A program made the position numbers and the translations under genes. A DNA stretch of 64,000 nt from a bacterium (GTDB taxonomy: Bacteria > Elusimicrobiota > JBDRMW01 > JBDROU01), in assembly GCA_043809745.1 (NCBI GenBank), contig JBDROU010000067.1, positions 6,515 through 70,514 on the forward strand. Direction: 5' to 3'. Shown here piece after piece: positions 26,623-35,776 of the stretch; within the stretch, counting starts at the first letter, position 1; each line of letters starts with the position of its first letter. Below the pieces are notes generated by a model. The model saw only the letters and a program-made list of their open reading frames with translations. It did no database searches and was not told the DNA's origin.

Positions 26623-27699
26623 TTAGCGGCTTATACGTTCATTTTTTTCTACCAATCTCTTAAAATCAGTTAAATCCGGAGAAACATTTATTGCTTCCTG
26701 ATAGGTTATCTGCCTGCGAACATACAAATCATATAACCCCTGATTCATTGTCTGCATTCCAAACTTACCGCCAGTCTGCATATTAAGCTGTATCTGCTCA
26801 GTCTTTTGTTCACGTATTAGATTTCTAATGGCAGGCGTAACCACTAGGACCTCACAGCTCAAAACTCTCCCAACACCTGACGCATGCAGCAATAACATCT
26901 GTGAAACTACCGCCTGTAAAACAAATGACAACTGTGATCTTATCTGCTCTTGTTGGTGGGGGGTAAACACATCAATTATTCTGTTTACACTCTGAGCCGC
27001 ATCGGAAGTATGCAGTGTAGCAAAAACCAAATGACCAGTTTCCGCAATAGTCAATGCAGCAGAAATTGTTTCTAAATCCCTCATCTCTCCTATTAATATA
27101 ATATCCGGATCTTGCCTCAATATGTATTTTAGCGCTGTAGGAAATGAAGCGGTATCAGTACCTATCTCCCTTTGATTAACAACACATTTCTTATGGAAGT
27201 GCAAATACTCAATTGGATCTTCAATAGTAACTATATGAGAAGAAGTATGCTCATTTAAAAAATCCAGCATTGAGGCTAATGTTGTTGTTTTTCCTGATCC
27301 TGTTGGGCCGGTCACTAAAATCAGCCCCTTCTTCAGTTTCATCAATTCATAAAGAACAGGAGGCAAATTTAGCTCCTCAAATGTTTTAATTTTAGTAGGA
27401 ATTGAACGCAATGCGGCCGCAACACTTCCCCTTTGTTTAAATACATTCATTCTCACCCTTCCGATTCCCTTTATCCCAAAAGATAAATCCAGCTCGTTTG
27501 TCGCTTCAAATCTTTCTTTTTGACTATCGGTAAGCAGTGAGTAAATCAAACGCTGACACATATCAGGGGTTAATTTCTCAAATTGCGACGGTATTATCTC
27601 CCCATCCACCCTAAAGAATGGCGGGGCTCCTGTAGTAATATGTAAATCTGATGCTTTCTTTTCCATAAGAAGCAGCAACAACTCATTCATACTAATCAT
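26623..27699 (-). CDS. pilT: twitching-motility retraction ATPase PilT
   Basis: Contains ASDLHITTGAPP, Walker A GPTGSGKTT and the PilT-specific AIRNLIRE motif. The start is placed at ATG 27699 (MISMNELL...), downstream of a GAGGAAGG Shine-Dalgarno. The ORF track extends to a TTG at 27729. Confidence 0.9.
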   Translation of the reverse strand: MISMNELLLLLMEKKASDLHITTGAPPFFRVDGEIIPSQFEKLTPDMCQRLIYSLLTDSQKERFEATNELDLSFGIKGIGRVRMNVFKQRGSVAAALRSIPTKIKTFEELNLPPVLYELMKLKKGLILVTGPTGSGKTTTLASMLDFLNEHTSSHIVTIEDPIEYLHFHKKCVVNQREIGTDTASFPTALKYILRQDPDIILIGEMRDLETISAALTIAETGHLVFATLHTSDAAQSVNRIIDVFTPHQQEQIRSQLSFVLQAVVSQMLLLHASGVGRVLSCEVLVVTPAIRNLIREQKTEQIQLNMQTGGKFGMQTMNQGLYDLYVRRQITYQEAINVSPDLTDFKRLVEKNERISR

Positions 27700-27813
27700 T
27701 TCTTTACCGCCTTCCTCGAGTTTCCTCAATAAACCTTACTTTATCAAATTAAAGACATCTGTTCAACAAATAAGAAGCTCTTAATAATACAGCATACTTC
27801 TTCCTGTTACAGC

Positions 27814-29613
27814 TCATCCTGAATCCGCATAGGTTACTCTTATCATTTCTTCTACTGTGGTTATACCATTTAAAACTTTTCTCAATGCGGCTTCACGCAG
27901 TGTAATCATTCCCGCTTTTCTCGCTGCCTGTTTAATTACAGTTGTAGAAGCTCTTTCCAGAATTAACTCTTTTATTTCGTCATTAACATCCATAACCTCA
28001 AAGTTTGACAATCTTCCTCTATAACCGGTGTTTGAGCAGTTTTCACAGCCTCTCCCTCTCGCAAGAACTACTGTTTGAGCGCTGCCGGCATCTACAGGTC
28101 TTAATCCTAATTTAATTAAATTATCAACCGGCACCTCATAATTCTCCTTGCATTTCTTACATATAGTTCTTACCAATCTCTGAGCAACCACCATGTTTAC
28201 AGTTGATGCTGTCAGGAACGGCTCTATCCCCATATTATTCAAACGAGTAACCGCTCCCGGAGCGTCATTAGTATGCAGAGTAGAAAATACTAAATGTCCT
28301 GTAAGAGCAGCATTAATAGCTATTTCAGCAGTTTCAGTATCACGTATCTCTCCAACCATGATTATATCTGGATCCTGGCGTAAAAACGATCTCAATCCGG
28401 CAGCAAAAGTCAATCCAATATCCGGCCTGGCGTGTACTTGGTTTATCCCCTCCAATATATACTCAACCGGATCCTCTATGGTCATAATATTCTCATTAAC
28501 AGAGTTTAATGTTGAAAGTGTGGAGTAAAGAGTTGTAGTTTTTCCAGAACCTGTCGGACCTGTCACTAAAACTATTCCATAAGGAACCGCGATTTTATTT
28601 TTGTACAGCTCAAGAGATTGCTTTTCAAATCCCAGTTCTGAAAGATCCAATTTTAAACCGCTTGAATCCAATATTCTCATCACGACCTTCTCTCCAAAAG
28701 CAGTTGGCAGTGTTGATACTCTTAAATCCACTTCTTTATTTTGCACCTTTATTTTTATTCTGCCGTCTTGAGGAAGCCTCTTTTCTGCAATATCCAGCTG
28801 CGACATGATTTTTATTCTCGCGATAATCGCATGCTGAACCTTTTTTGGCGGAGACGGCTGCTCTTGTAAAACCCCGTCAATTCTGTACCGCACTTTTAGA
28901 ACCTTTTCAAATGGTTCCACATGTATGTCGCTGGCGTATGCCTTTACTGCATTTGCCAACATCCCGTTCACTATTTTAATAACTGGAGCTAAATGCCCGT
29001 TATAATCTAAATTAAGCGTCTCAGATTCCATCTGAGAATCTGAACCTAAGGATGCTCCCAAATCTTCACTGGTGTAATCAAACCTATCAAACCCTCTATC
29101 ATCTTTCGCAACTTCAACAGTGACTTTTGGATCAGAATCAGGATCGTTCATTGCTGCTTTCCTTGATGCATAATATTTTTCAATTGCAGCAAATATTTCG
29201 CTGCTGGATGCTATCACCACATCTATATCGCATCCAGTCATCATTCTTAAATCATCCAAAGCGAAAACATTCAGCGGATCGGCCATCGCTATAGTGAGCA
29301 CCTTTCCTTCTTTTTTTAATGGTATCAAAACCTGATTCTTGGCGATATTATATTGAACCAAATCGATAACTTCTCTTTGTATTTCAGGATACTCTTCCAG
29401 CGAAACATAATTAACGCCGCACTGCTTTCCCAGGAATGCTAGCAGCACATCCTCAGTTATGATGCCCTGCTTCATCAGAATTGTACCTAACCTGCCTCCT
29501 TCTTTTTTCTGAATAGCAAGGGTCTCATTTAGTTGTTCTCTTGTCAGTACCCCGACCTCAATGAGTATATCGCCTAATCGCTTTTTTAGTTGTGAAATAT
29601 TTTTTTTAATCAA
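27814..29613 (-). CDS. pilB: type IV pilus assembly ATPase PilB (GspE family)
   Basis: N-terminal T2SSE_N/MshEN-like domain, Walker A GPTGSGKTT and a C-terminal tetracysteine CKKC...CENC. The TTG start overlaps the pta stop (TTGA). Confidence 0.9.
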   Translation of the reverse strand: MIKKNISQLKKRLGDILIEVGVLTREQLNETLAIQKKEGGRLGTILMKQGIITEDVLLAFLGKQCGVNYVSLEEYPEIQREVIDLVQYNIAKNQVLIPLKKEGKVLTIAMADPLNVFALDDLRMMTGCDIDVVIASSSEIFAAIEKYYASRKAAMNDPDSDPKVTVEVAKDDRGFDRFDYTSEDLGASLGSDSQMESETLNLDYNGHLAPVIKIVNGMLANAVKAYASDIHVEPFEKVLKVRYRIDGVLQEQPSPPKKVQHAIIARIKIMSQLDIAEKRLPQDGRIKIKVQNKEVDLRVSTLPTAFGEKVVMRILDSSGLKLDLSELGFEKQSLELYKNKIAVPYGIVLVTGPTGSGKTTTLYSTLSTLNSVNENIMTIEDPVEYILEGINQVHARPDIGLTFAAGLRSFLRQDPDIIMVGEIRDTETAEIAINAALTGHLVFSTLHTNDAPGAVTRLNNMGIEPFLTASTVNMVVAQRLVRTICKKCKENYEVPVDNLIKLGLRPVDAGSAQTVVLARGRGCENCSNTGYRGRLSNFEVMDVNDEIKELILERASTTVIKQAARKAGMITLREAALRKVLNGITTVEEMIRVTYADSG

Positions 29614-30668
29614 TTTTTATCACTGACCTTTTCTTCAATTTTTGACAGTTTCTGCAAAGATTCAGCTTGAATTACAGTCACAGCTGTTACATCAATAATA
29701 TCTTCTGCTGAACATCCCCTGGATAAATCATTCGCGGCTTTTGACAGACCTTGTAAAATTGGGCCGACAGCCCTCGCTTTAGCCAATCTCTGAGTAATCT
29801 TATAACCGATATTGCCTGAATTGAGATCAGGGAAAATCAGGACATTTGATTTACCGGCAACAGCGGAGGCATCTTTAATTTTCTTTTTTGCAACATCTGC
29901 ATCAATAGCTGCATCTAATTGAAATTCTCCGTCCGCGGCAAGTTGAGGATTTTTTTTCTTTACTATTTCCAGCGCCTGTTGAATTATATCTATGCTCTCA
30001 TCTTTTGCGGATCCCTTTGTTGAAAACGACAAAAACCCCACTTTGGGTTCTGCCTCAATTAAATCAGAAAATGTTTGGGCGGAGGCCAACGCAATATTAG
30101 CTAACTGAGCTGCTGAAGGCTTAATCACCACTGCGCAGTCAGCATATACAAATCTGCCGTTATGTCCATACTGTGAATTTTCCAACTCCATCAAAAAACA
30201 ACTCGATAATGTCGGAGTCTTTTTAGATAAACCAATAATCCTAAAAACAGCTCTAACTGTATCAGCTGTTGTTCTGACCGATCCGCCAACAAATCCATCT
30301 GCCTGATTCAGCCTTACTAAAAGGCTGCCAAAATTCAATCTATCCTTTGTTAGAGTCTTGGCTTCTTCAATATCTAGGCCCTTTTTCTTAAATAATGCTA
30401 AAAGTTCTTCATGATACAGAGGTTTTGAACTTTCAATTTCAGGATCAATAATTTGCAATTCACTTAATGGCAGAGCTGATTGCTTACACAGAGACTCAAT
30501 TACGCTGCACTTGCCCAGTAAAACAGGATAAATCATTTTTGATTCTGTCATAATCTTCACAGCTTCTATAACGCGCAAATCATCACCTTCCGGAAAGACT
30601 ATTCTTTTCGGCGTCGCAGAAGCTTTTTTGCGCAAATTATCAAAAAACTCGCTCTTTTTTGCTTTCAT
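29610..30668 (-). CDS. pta: phosphate acetyltransferase (short PTA_PTB form)
   Basis: Contains PKRIVFPEGDDLRVIEA and NVLIFPDLNSGNIGYKITQRL...GPILQGLSKAANDLSRGCS motifs. Confidence 0.85.
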   Translation of the reverse strand: MKAKKSEFFDNLRKKASATPKRIVFPEGDDLRVIEAVKIMTESKMIYPVLLGKCSVIESLCKQSALPLSELQIIDPEIESSKPLYHEELLALFKKKGLDIEEAKTLTKDRLNFGSLLVRLNQADGFVGGSVRTTADTVRAVFRIIGLSKKTPTLSSCFLMELENSQYGHNGRFVYADCAVVIKPSAAQLANIALASAQTFSDLIEAEPKVGFLSFSTKGSAKDESIDIIQQALEIVKKKNPQLAADGEFQLDAAIDADVAKKKIKDASAVAGKSNVLIFPDLNSGNIGYKITQRLAKARAVGPILQGLSKAANDLSRGCSAEDIIDVTAVTVIQAESLQKLSKIEEKVSDKN

Positions 30669-30731
30669 AAAACTCTCCCCGGAGATTTCTCCTATCTTTA
30701 TTTAACAGCAAACCTTATGTTTGTCAAGTTT

Positions 30732-31217
30732 TTATTTATTTTTTAGTTTGTTACTAACTAAGTTAAGTATATCTTTTGGTATGAACTCTTCTATTCGTTC
30801 ACTCATAGACGCGATTTCTTTTATTAGACTTGATGATAGATAAGTATACTTTTCGTCCGGCATTAGAAACATGGTTTCTATCTTAGAATCCAAACTCCTG
30901 TTCATTAATGCCATTTGAAACTCGTATTCAAAATCCGAGATTGCCCGCAAACCCCTTATTACCGTAAAGCATTTTAATTTTTTAGCCAGATCAACAAGTA
31001 AACCTTCAAATGATATCACTTCCACAAACGCCTTGTTTTTGGTGCTTTTCTTTACCATATCAACTCTTTCTGTTAAAGAAAAAGTATAACTTTTAACAGA
31101 ACGATTAGAAACAGCAATAATAATATTTGTAAAAACCTTGCCAGCCCGCTCAACAATGTCAAGATGTCCGTTGGTAACCGGATCAAAAGATCCAGGGTAA
31201 ATTGCTTTCATTTCCAT
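30732..31217 (-). CDS. coaD: phosphopantetheine adenylyltransferase
   Basis: AIYPGSFDPVTNGHLDI motif. ATGs occur at 31229, 31217 and 31211. The GGAGG at 31228-31224 favours the start at 31217. Confidence 0.9.
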   Translation of the reverse strand: MEMKAIYPGSFDPVTNGHLDIVERAGKVFTNIIIAVSNRSVKSYTFSLTERVDMVKKSTKNKAFVEVISFEGLLVDLAKKLKCFTVIRGLRAISDFEYEFQMALMNRSLDSKIETMFLMPDEKYTYLSSSLIKEIASMSERIEEFIPKDILNLVSNKLKNK

Positions 31218-31246
31218 AACTGCCTCCATTTATTTTTTTATCTAAG

Positions 31247-33364
31247 TTAAACATTAATTAAGTTGAATTTTTTCGCATATTCGTCGTTAAAAAAACTTTT
31301 CATCCTGTCAAATTCTCCTGCATCGATATTATTCATTTGAGATATTACTTCTTCCGCATCTTTTCTGGCATTATCAATCAGATTTGTATCTTTTATAAAA
31401 TTTGCAATCTTCAGTTCCGGCATTCCATGCTGCGTGACGCCGAATATTTCTCCCGGGCCGCGCAAAGCTAAATCAATTTCTCCTAATTTGAAACCATCAT
31501 TTGTAGACATAATAGCTCTAATCCTCTCTCTTGCAATCTCAGTACTAGGGGTTGCTAGTAAGATGCAGTAAGATTCCTTATTTCCTCTGCCAACTCTTCC
31601 ACGCAGCTGATGTAATGTTGCCAATCCAAAGCGATCAGCATGTTCGATCACCATTATCGTCGCGTTCGGGATATCAATACCTACCTCTACTACCGTAGTC
31701 GCAAACAGGATATCAATTGAGTGATTAAGAAACTTTTTCATTACTTCCTCTTTTGCGCATCCTGGCATCTGGCCATGAAGTATACCGACATTATATCTTG
31801 AAAATATCCCCTTTGACAACTTCTCGGCTTCCTTTACAGCTGATTTCAATTCAACAACATCAGATTCCTCGACCATAGGATAAACAATATATGCCTGGCT
31901 GTTATTTTCCAGCTCACGCATTACCTTTTCGTATGCCTGCGATCTTGAAACGCAAAGAGTGGTGATCTTTTTTCTTCCTGGAGGCAGCTCATTCAATACT
32001 GAAAAGTCTAAATCGCCATAAACTGTCAGAGCCAATGTTCTTGGGATAGGTGTAGCTGTCATAACCAAAACATCCGGTGGCGCATCATCTGTATTAACAG
32101 ATTTCGCTAACATTTGCGCTCTTTGCATAACACCAAAGCGATGTTGTTCATCTATAACCGCTAACGCTAAATTTTTGAACTCTACATTTTTCTGTATAAG
32201 TGCCTGTGTTCCAATAACAATGCTAATCGTTCCATTCTTAATATCTTCAAGTATTTTTACTTTCTTTGCTTTCTTTACAGAAGAGGTTAACAATGATACA
32301 TTTACATTAAGATCCTTTACGAAATTCCTTATAGTAATAAAATGCTGATCGGCCAGGATTTCTGTCGGGGCCATAAAAACAGCCTGGTATCCGTTTTCTA
32401 CAGCTAGCAGCATTGCCGAAACAGCAACTACAGTTTTTCCGCTTCCCACATCACCCTGCAAAAGCCTATTCATTGGTTTATTACCCAGCATGTCATTGAA
32501 AATCTCGTTAATTACCTTCTTTTGAGCATTCGTAAATTCAAAAGCAAGACTATTCTTAAACGGGCTTAGGAATGTTTTTTTTAGTTTATATTTAATTTGT
32601 TTTGTTTTCTGGGCATGTTGCATTTTTGCGAGCAATAATGCATATTCCAGGAAGAACAGCTCCTCGTAAGCCAACCTCTCCCTGGCTTTTTCTTTGGATT
32701 CAAAACTTTCAGGAAAGTGTATTTCCTTCAAAGCAGCGGATTTGCTCATCAGTTTTCTTTTTTTAATAATTTGTTCTGGAATATTTTCATAAATAAAATG
32801 GATATATTTTCTCAAAGCATATTCTATTAGATCTCTAAAATATTTTCTGTCAATTCCTTCCGTTAATGTATAATGCGGTATTATCCCCTTAACTTCCTTT
32901 TTTTCAAAATTAGAAGCAACTTCATATTCCTCCACCCTTATGGATGTATGGAGCATCTCTCTTTCAATCACACCATAAATATTCATATTTACGCCAGGCG
33001 CCGTTTTCTTTTTGAGTGTAGCAAATACATCATACCGGTAAGACATTTTTCTAAACCATAAAGCGTATATTATTTTTCCATTATAAACAACCTGGGCTTC
33101 GAACACACCTAAATTTTTTCCCAAACGCTTGATCCTTGTATCCTTAACAACAACCTGCAGCGTCACTTTTAATCCTGAACTTAACTCGTCAAATCCGAAT
33201 TCTCTGGACCTATCCTCCCAGTCCCTCGGGTAATAATGCAGCAGATCCCTTATCGTTGAAATTTTAAGTCTGTATAGAAGCTCTGCTCTCCTTGGGCCAA
33301 CGCCCTTTAGGTACTGCACAGATGTGTTCATTTCTTTTGAATTATTGCAACCTGATGTATTCAT
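31247..33364 (-). CDS. recG: ATP-dependent DNA helicase RecG
   Basis: 705 aa with an N-terminal wedge domain, Walker A GDVGSGKT, a VIDEQHRFG (DEQH) box and helicase C-terminal motifs. Confidence 0.95.
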   Translation of the reverse strand: MNTSGCNNSKEMNTSVQYLKGVGPRRAELLYRLKISTIRDLLHYYPRDWEDRSREFGFDELSSGLKVTLQVVVKDTRIKRLGKNLGVFEAQVVYNGKIIYALWFRKMSYRYDVFATLKKKTAPGVNMNIYGVIEREMLHTSIRVEEYEVASNFEKKEVKGIIPHYTLTEGIDRKYFRDLIEYALRKYIHFIYENIPEQIIKKRKLMSKSAALKEIHFPESFESKEKARERLAYEELFFLEYALLLAKMQHAQKTKQIKYKLKKTFLSPFKNSLAFEFTNAQKKVINEIFNDMLGNKPMNRLLQGDVGSGKTVVAVSAMLLAVENGYQAVFMAPTEILADQHFITIRNFVKDLNVNVSLLTSSVKKAKKVKILEDIKNGTISIVIGTQALIQKNVEFKNLALAVIDEQHRFGVMQRAQMLAKSVNTDDAPPDVLVMTATPIPRTLALTVYGDLDFSVLNELPPGRKKITTLCVSRSQAYEKVMRELENNSQAYIVYPMVEESDVVELKSAVKEAEKLSKGIFSRYNVGILHGQMPGCAKEEVMKKFLNHSIDILFATTVVEVGIDIPNATIMVIEHADRFGLATLHQLRGRVGRGNKESYCILLATPSTEIARERIRAIMSTNDGFKLGEIDLALRGPGEIFGVTQHGMPELKIANFIKDTNLIDNARKDAEEVISQMNNIDAGEFDRMKSFFNDEYAKKFNLINV

Positions 33365-33484
33365 TAAACAAACTCACTTTTATTAAAAATATTAATCAAA
33401 AATAATTTCACTTTATTTTTGCTTTTTGTTAATGTATAATTCTTTTCTAAATTTTATACAAATTTTATTATAAGGAGATACTTT

Positions 33485-33676
33485 ATGTCGCTTCAATGTG
33501 TTATATGCAGTAAAAAGGTTACTTCGGGAAAAACCGTCAGCCATTCTCACAAAGCATCACTCAGAAGATTTTTACCTAATTTGCAGAAGATAAAAATTAA
33601 GCTTAACAACCGCGTATGCACGCGCTACGTCTGCACGCGTTGTATCCGCTCAGGAAAAATTACAAAAGCAACCTAG
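33485..33676 (+). CDS. rpmB: 50S ribosomal protein L28
   Basis: 63 aa with ...GKTVSHSHKASLRRFLPNLQK... as in L28. AAGGAG Shine-Dalgarno lies 7 nt upstream. This is the only plus-strand gene in the window. Confidence 0.9.
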   Translation: MSLQCVICSKKVTSGKTVSHSHKASLRRFLPNLQKIKIKLNNRVCTRYVCTRCIRSGKITKAT

Positions 33677-33690
33677 GATTAATCGGTATA

Positions 33691-33715
33691 GTTTTTTAGT
33701 GAGCCTGTAAAAAAC
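33691..33715 (+). terminator. weak AT-rich hairpin, possible rpmB terminator
   Basis: GTTTTTTA - 9-nt loop - TAAAAAAC, followed on the plus strand by GTTTTATTGTTTTT. The stem is AT-rich, so stability is low. Confidence 0.3.
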
Positions 33716-33718
33716 GTT

Positions 33719-34771
33719 TTATTGTTTTTCCCCTCCAAATGGCAACCCGAGTGACATCAAATATTGATATACATATTCCAGATTTTCTGGATTATTAAGT
33801 TCTGCTTGTTTGTATTTTCTGAAACCAAAATCTGCATAGTATTTATCCTTATTAAAACCTACCCCTGCTGTATAGTTTACAGTCTTATTATTATTTAAAT
33901 CTTCACCATATATCCCACCTCTTAGACATAAATTAGGAATGAGGTATTGTTCGGCCCCAATGTGAATGAATTTCGGCTTTTCATCAGTATCTCTATAGTA
34001 TCTTTTTTCATACTCCAAGCTGACAGTAATCAAACCGGGTATGTTATACGACATGCCTCCACGCAGGAATATCGGAAGTTGAGTTTTATCATAATCCTCC
34101 CAGTAAATATATCCTGGTATATTTTGAACCATAACGCCTAACAAAATGTTATCCGCAATTTTTATTAAAGTCCCCCAATCAATACTGAATCCGTGCCCGT
34201 CAGATATATTAGCAACCGGTTTTTTTCCTGTCTCTACTCGCGTTATACCCAAATTCCCGTTCAGGTATGACATATTCATTCCGACAGATGTTGTCGAATC
34301 AGAAGCCAGCGCTGATTGAGCTACTGACAGCGTAAAAGAATTTATTCTAATTTCTTTTGTAGACTTGTTATTCTCCGGGTCATTAACATTAAATATTTCC
34401 TCAGTATAGTTATTAGCCAATGGCCTAAATGCGATTCCTCCCCTCGCTCCCGCAAATCCAATATAAGTAAGTTTGCGTCCTCTTAAATTTTCGCTGCTAA
34501 AAATTTCCTCAGTTTCTATCCTGCTTGTTCTAAGCATATCCAAACACATTGTAAAGTAATTTATTTCTTGAAGATTTAAAGCTGCAGGATTCCAATATGA
34601 CGCTTCAGCTGCGCCCTGGACAGCTGTAAGAGAATTACCCATTCCTAAAGCCCGGGCACCAATAATGCCACCATCAAAGTCATAAATATCTACCGGAGCT
34701 TTAGACCTGGCAAAAACAAAATCTGCTGCACTTAAGAAAATAACAACTAATATTAAGATATTTTTTTTCAC
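33719..34771 (-). CDS. outer-membrane beta-barrel protein, family uncertain
   Basis: Signal peptide [21 protein letters not shown], a [10 protein letters not shown]...YWNPAAL N-terminal motif reminiscent of FadL/PorV-like barrels, alternating beta-strand pattern and a C-terminal aromatic-rich strand. GTG start overlaps the thiG stop (GTGA). Confidence 0.55.
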   Translation of the reverse strand: MKKNILILVVIFLSAADFVFARSKAPVDIYDFDGGIIGARALGMGNSLTAVQGAAEASYWNPAALNLQEINYFTMCLDMLRTSRIETEEIFSSENLRGRKLTYIGFAGARGGIAFRPLANNYTEEIFNVNDPENNKSTKEIRINSFTLSVAQSALASDSTTSVGMNMSYLNGNLGITRVETGKKPVANISDGHGFSIDWGTLIKIADNILLGVMVQNIPGYIYWEDYDKTQLPIFLRGGMSYNIPGLITVSLEYEKRYYRDTDEKPKFIHIGAEQYLIPNLCLRGGIYGEDLNNNKTVNYTAGVGFNKDKYYADFGFRKYKQAELNNPENLEYVYQYLMSLGLPFGGEKQ

Positions 34772-35538
34772 TTTGAAACTCCTGCTAAAGGGGTTGATGC
34801 TTGCGCATAATCTCTCCTAGGGATCCTTCCTGAAATATAGGCTTTTCTTCCTGCATCAACCGCAAGCCTCATAGCATGAGCCATATTTATAGGATCTCCA
34901 GCTTCTGCAATTGCCGTATTAATTAGCAGGCCGTCAACACCTAATTCCATGGCTGCCGCAGCATCACTTGCTGTTCCTACTCCGGCATCCACTATTACAG
35001 GTATTTTTATTTGTTCCCGTATAAAACTTATATACCTTGGGTTTAAGATTCCCATACCGCTTCCAATCGGCGCAGCAAGAGGCATTACAGCTGCTGCACC
35101 AGCATCTACAAGCTTCTTAGCGGTTATTAAATCATCATTAGTGTATGGCATCACTATAAAACCCTCTTTAACTAAAATTTTTGTAGCTTCTAACAAACCA
35201 AATACATCCGGCAATAAGGTTTTGGGATCACCTATTACTTCAAGTTTTATAAAATTTGACAAACCCGCCTCGCGGGCCAGCATCGCTGTTCTAACAGCAT
35301 CATTTACATTATAACAAGCAGCTGTATTGGGCAGTATTATATATCTCTTTGGGTCTATGTAGTCCAATAATGATTCTTTTGATCTATCAGTTATATTTAT
35401 CCTTCTGACCGCAACCGTTACCATATCCGCACCGCTGGCCTCAATAGCATCTTTCATTATTTGAAAAGACATGTATTTTCCTGTACCAACGATCAATCTT
35501 GAATTTAATTCTTTATCCCCGATTTTTAACGCATCCAT
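34768..35538 (-). CDS. thiG: thiazole synthase
   Basis: Contains [30 protein letters not shown] and [21 protein letters not shown] motifs, canonical for ThiG. Confidence 0.95.
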   Translation of the reverse strand: MDALKIGDKELNSRLIVGTGKYMSFQIMKDAIEASGADMVTVAVRRINITDRSKESLLDYIDPKRYIILPNTAACYNVNDAVRTAMLAREAGLSNFIKLEVIGDPKTLLPDVFGLLEATKILVKEGFIVMPYTNDDLITAKKLVDAGAAAVMPLAAPIGSGMGILNPRYISFIREQIKIPVIVDAGVGTASDAAAAMELGVDGLLINTAIAEAGDPINMAHAMRLAVDAGRKAYISGRIPRRDYAQASTPLAGVSK

Positions 35539-35567
35539 TCAAATCCCCCCTGTATTGAGATCTCATA

Positions 35568-35768
35568 TTATCCCCCTCCAACAAAACTTACGATTTCTAA
35601 CTTATCCCCATCTTTAAGTCTTTGCGATTCGAATAAATCCTTCTTTACTATATTACCATTAACTTCACATACAACCCATTCATTCTTAACTTTTAATTCA
35701 TCCAGAAGTTGAAACAATGTAGTATTTGCATTGACATTTACTGACTCACCATTAACTTTAATTTTCAT
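35568..35768 (-). CDS. thiS: sulfur-carrier protein ThiS
   Basis: 66-aa ubiquitin-fold-sized ORF ending ...VSFVGGG. Lies directly upstream of thiG. Confidence 0.85.
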   Translation of the reverse strand: MKIKVNGESVNVNANTTLFQLLDELKVKNEWVVCEVNGNIVKKDLFESQRLKDGDKLEIVSFVGGG

Positions 35769-35776
35769 AACATTTT

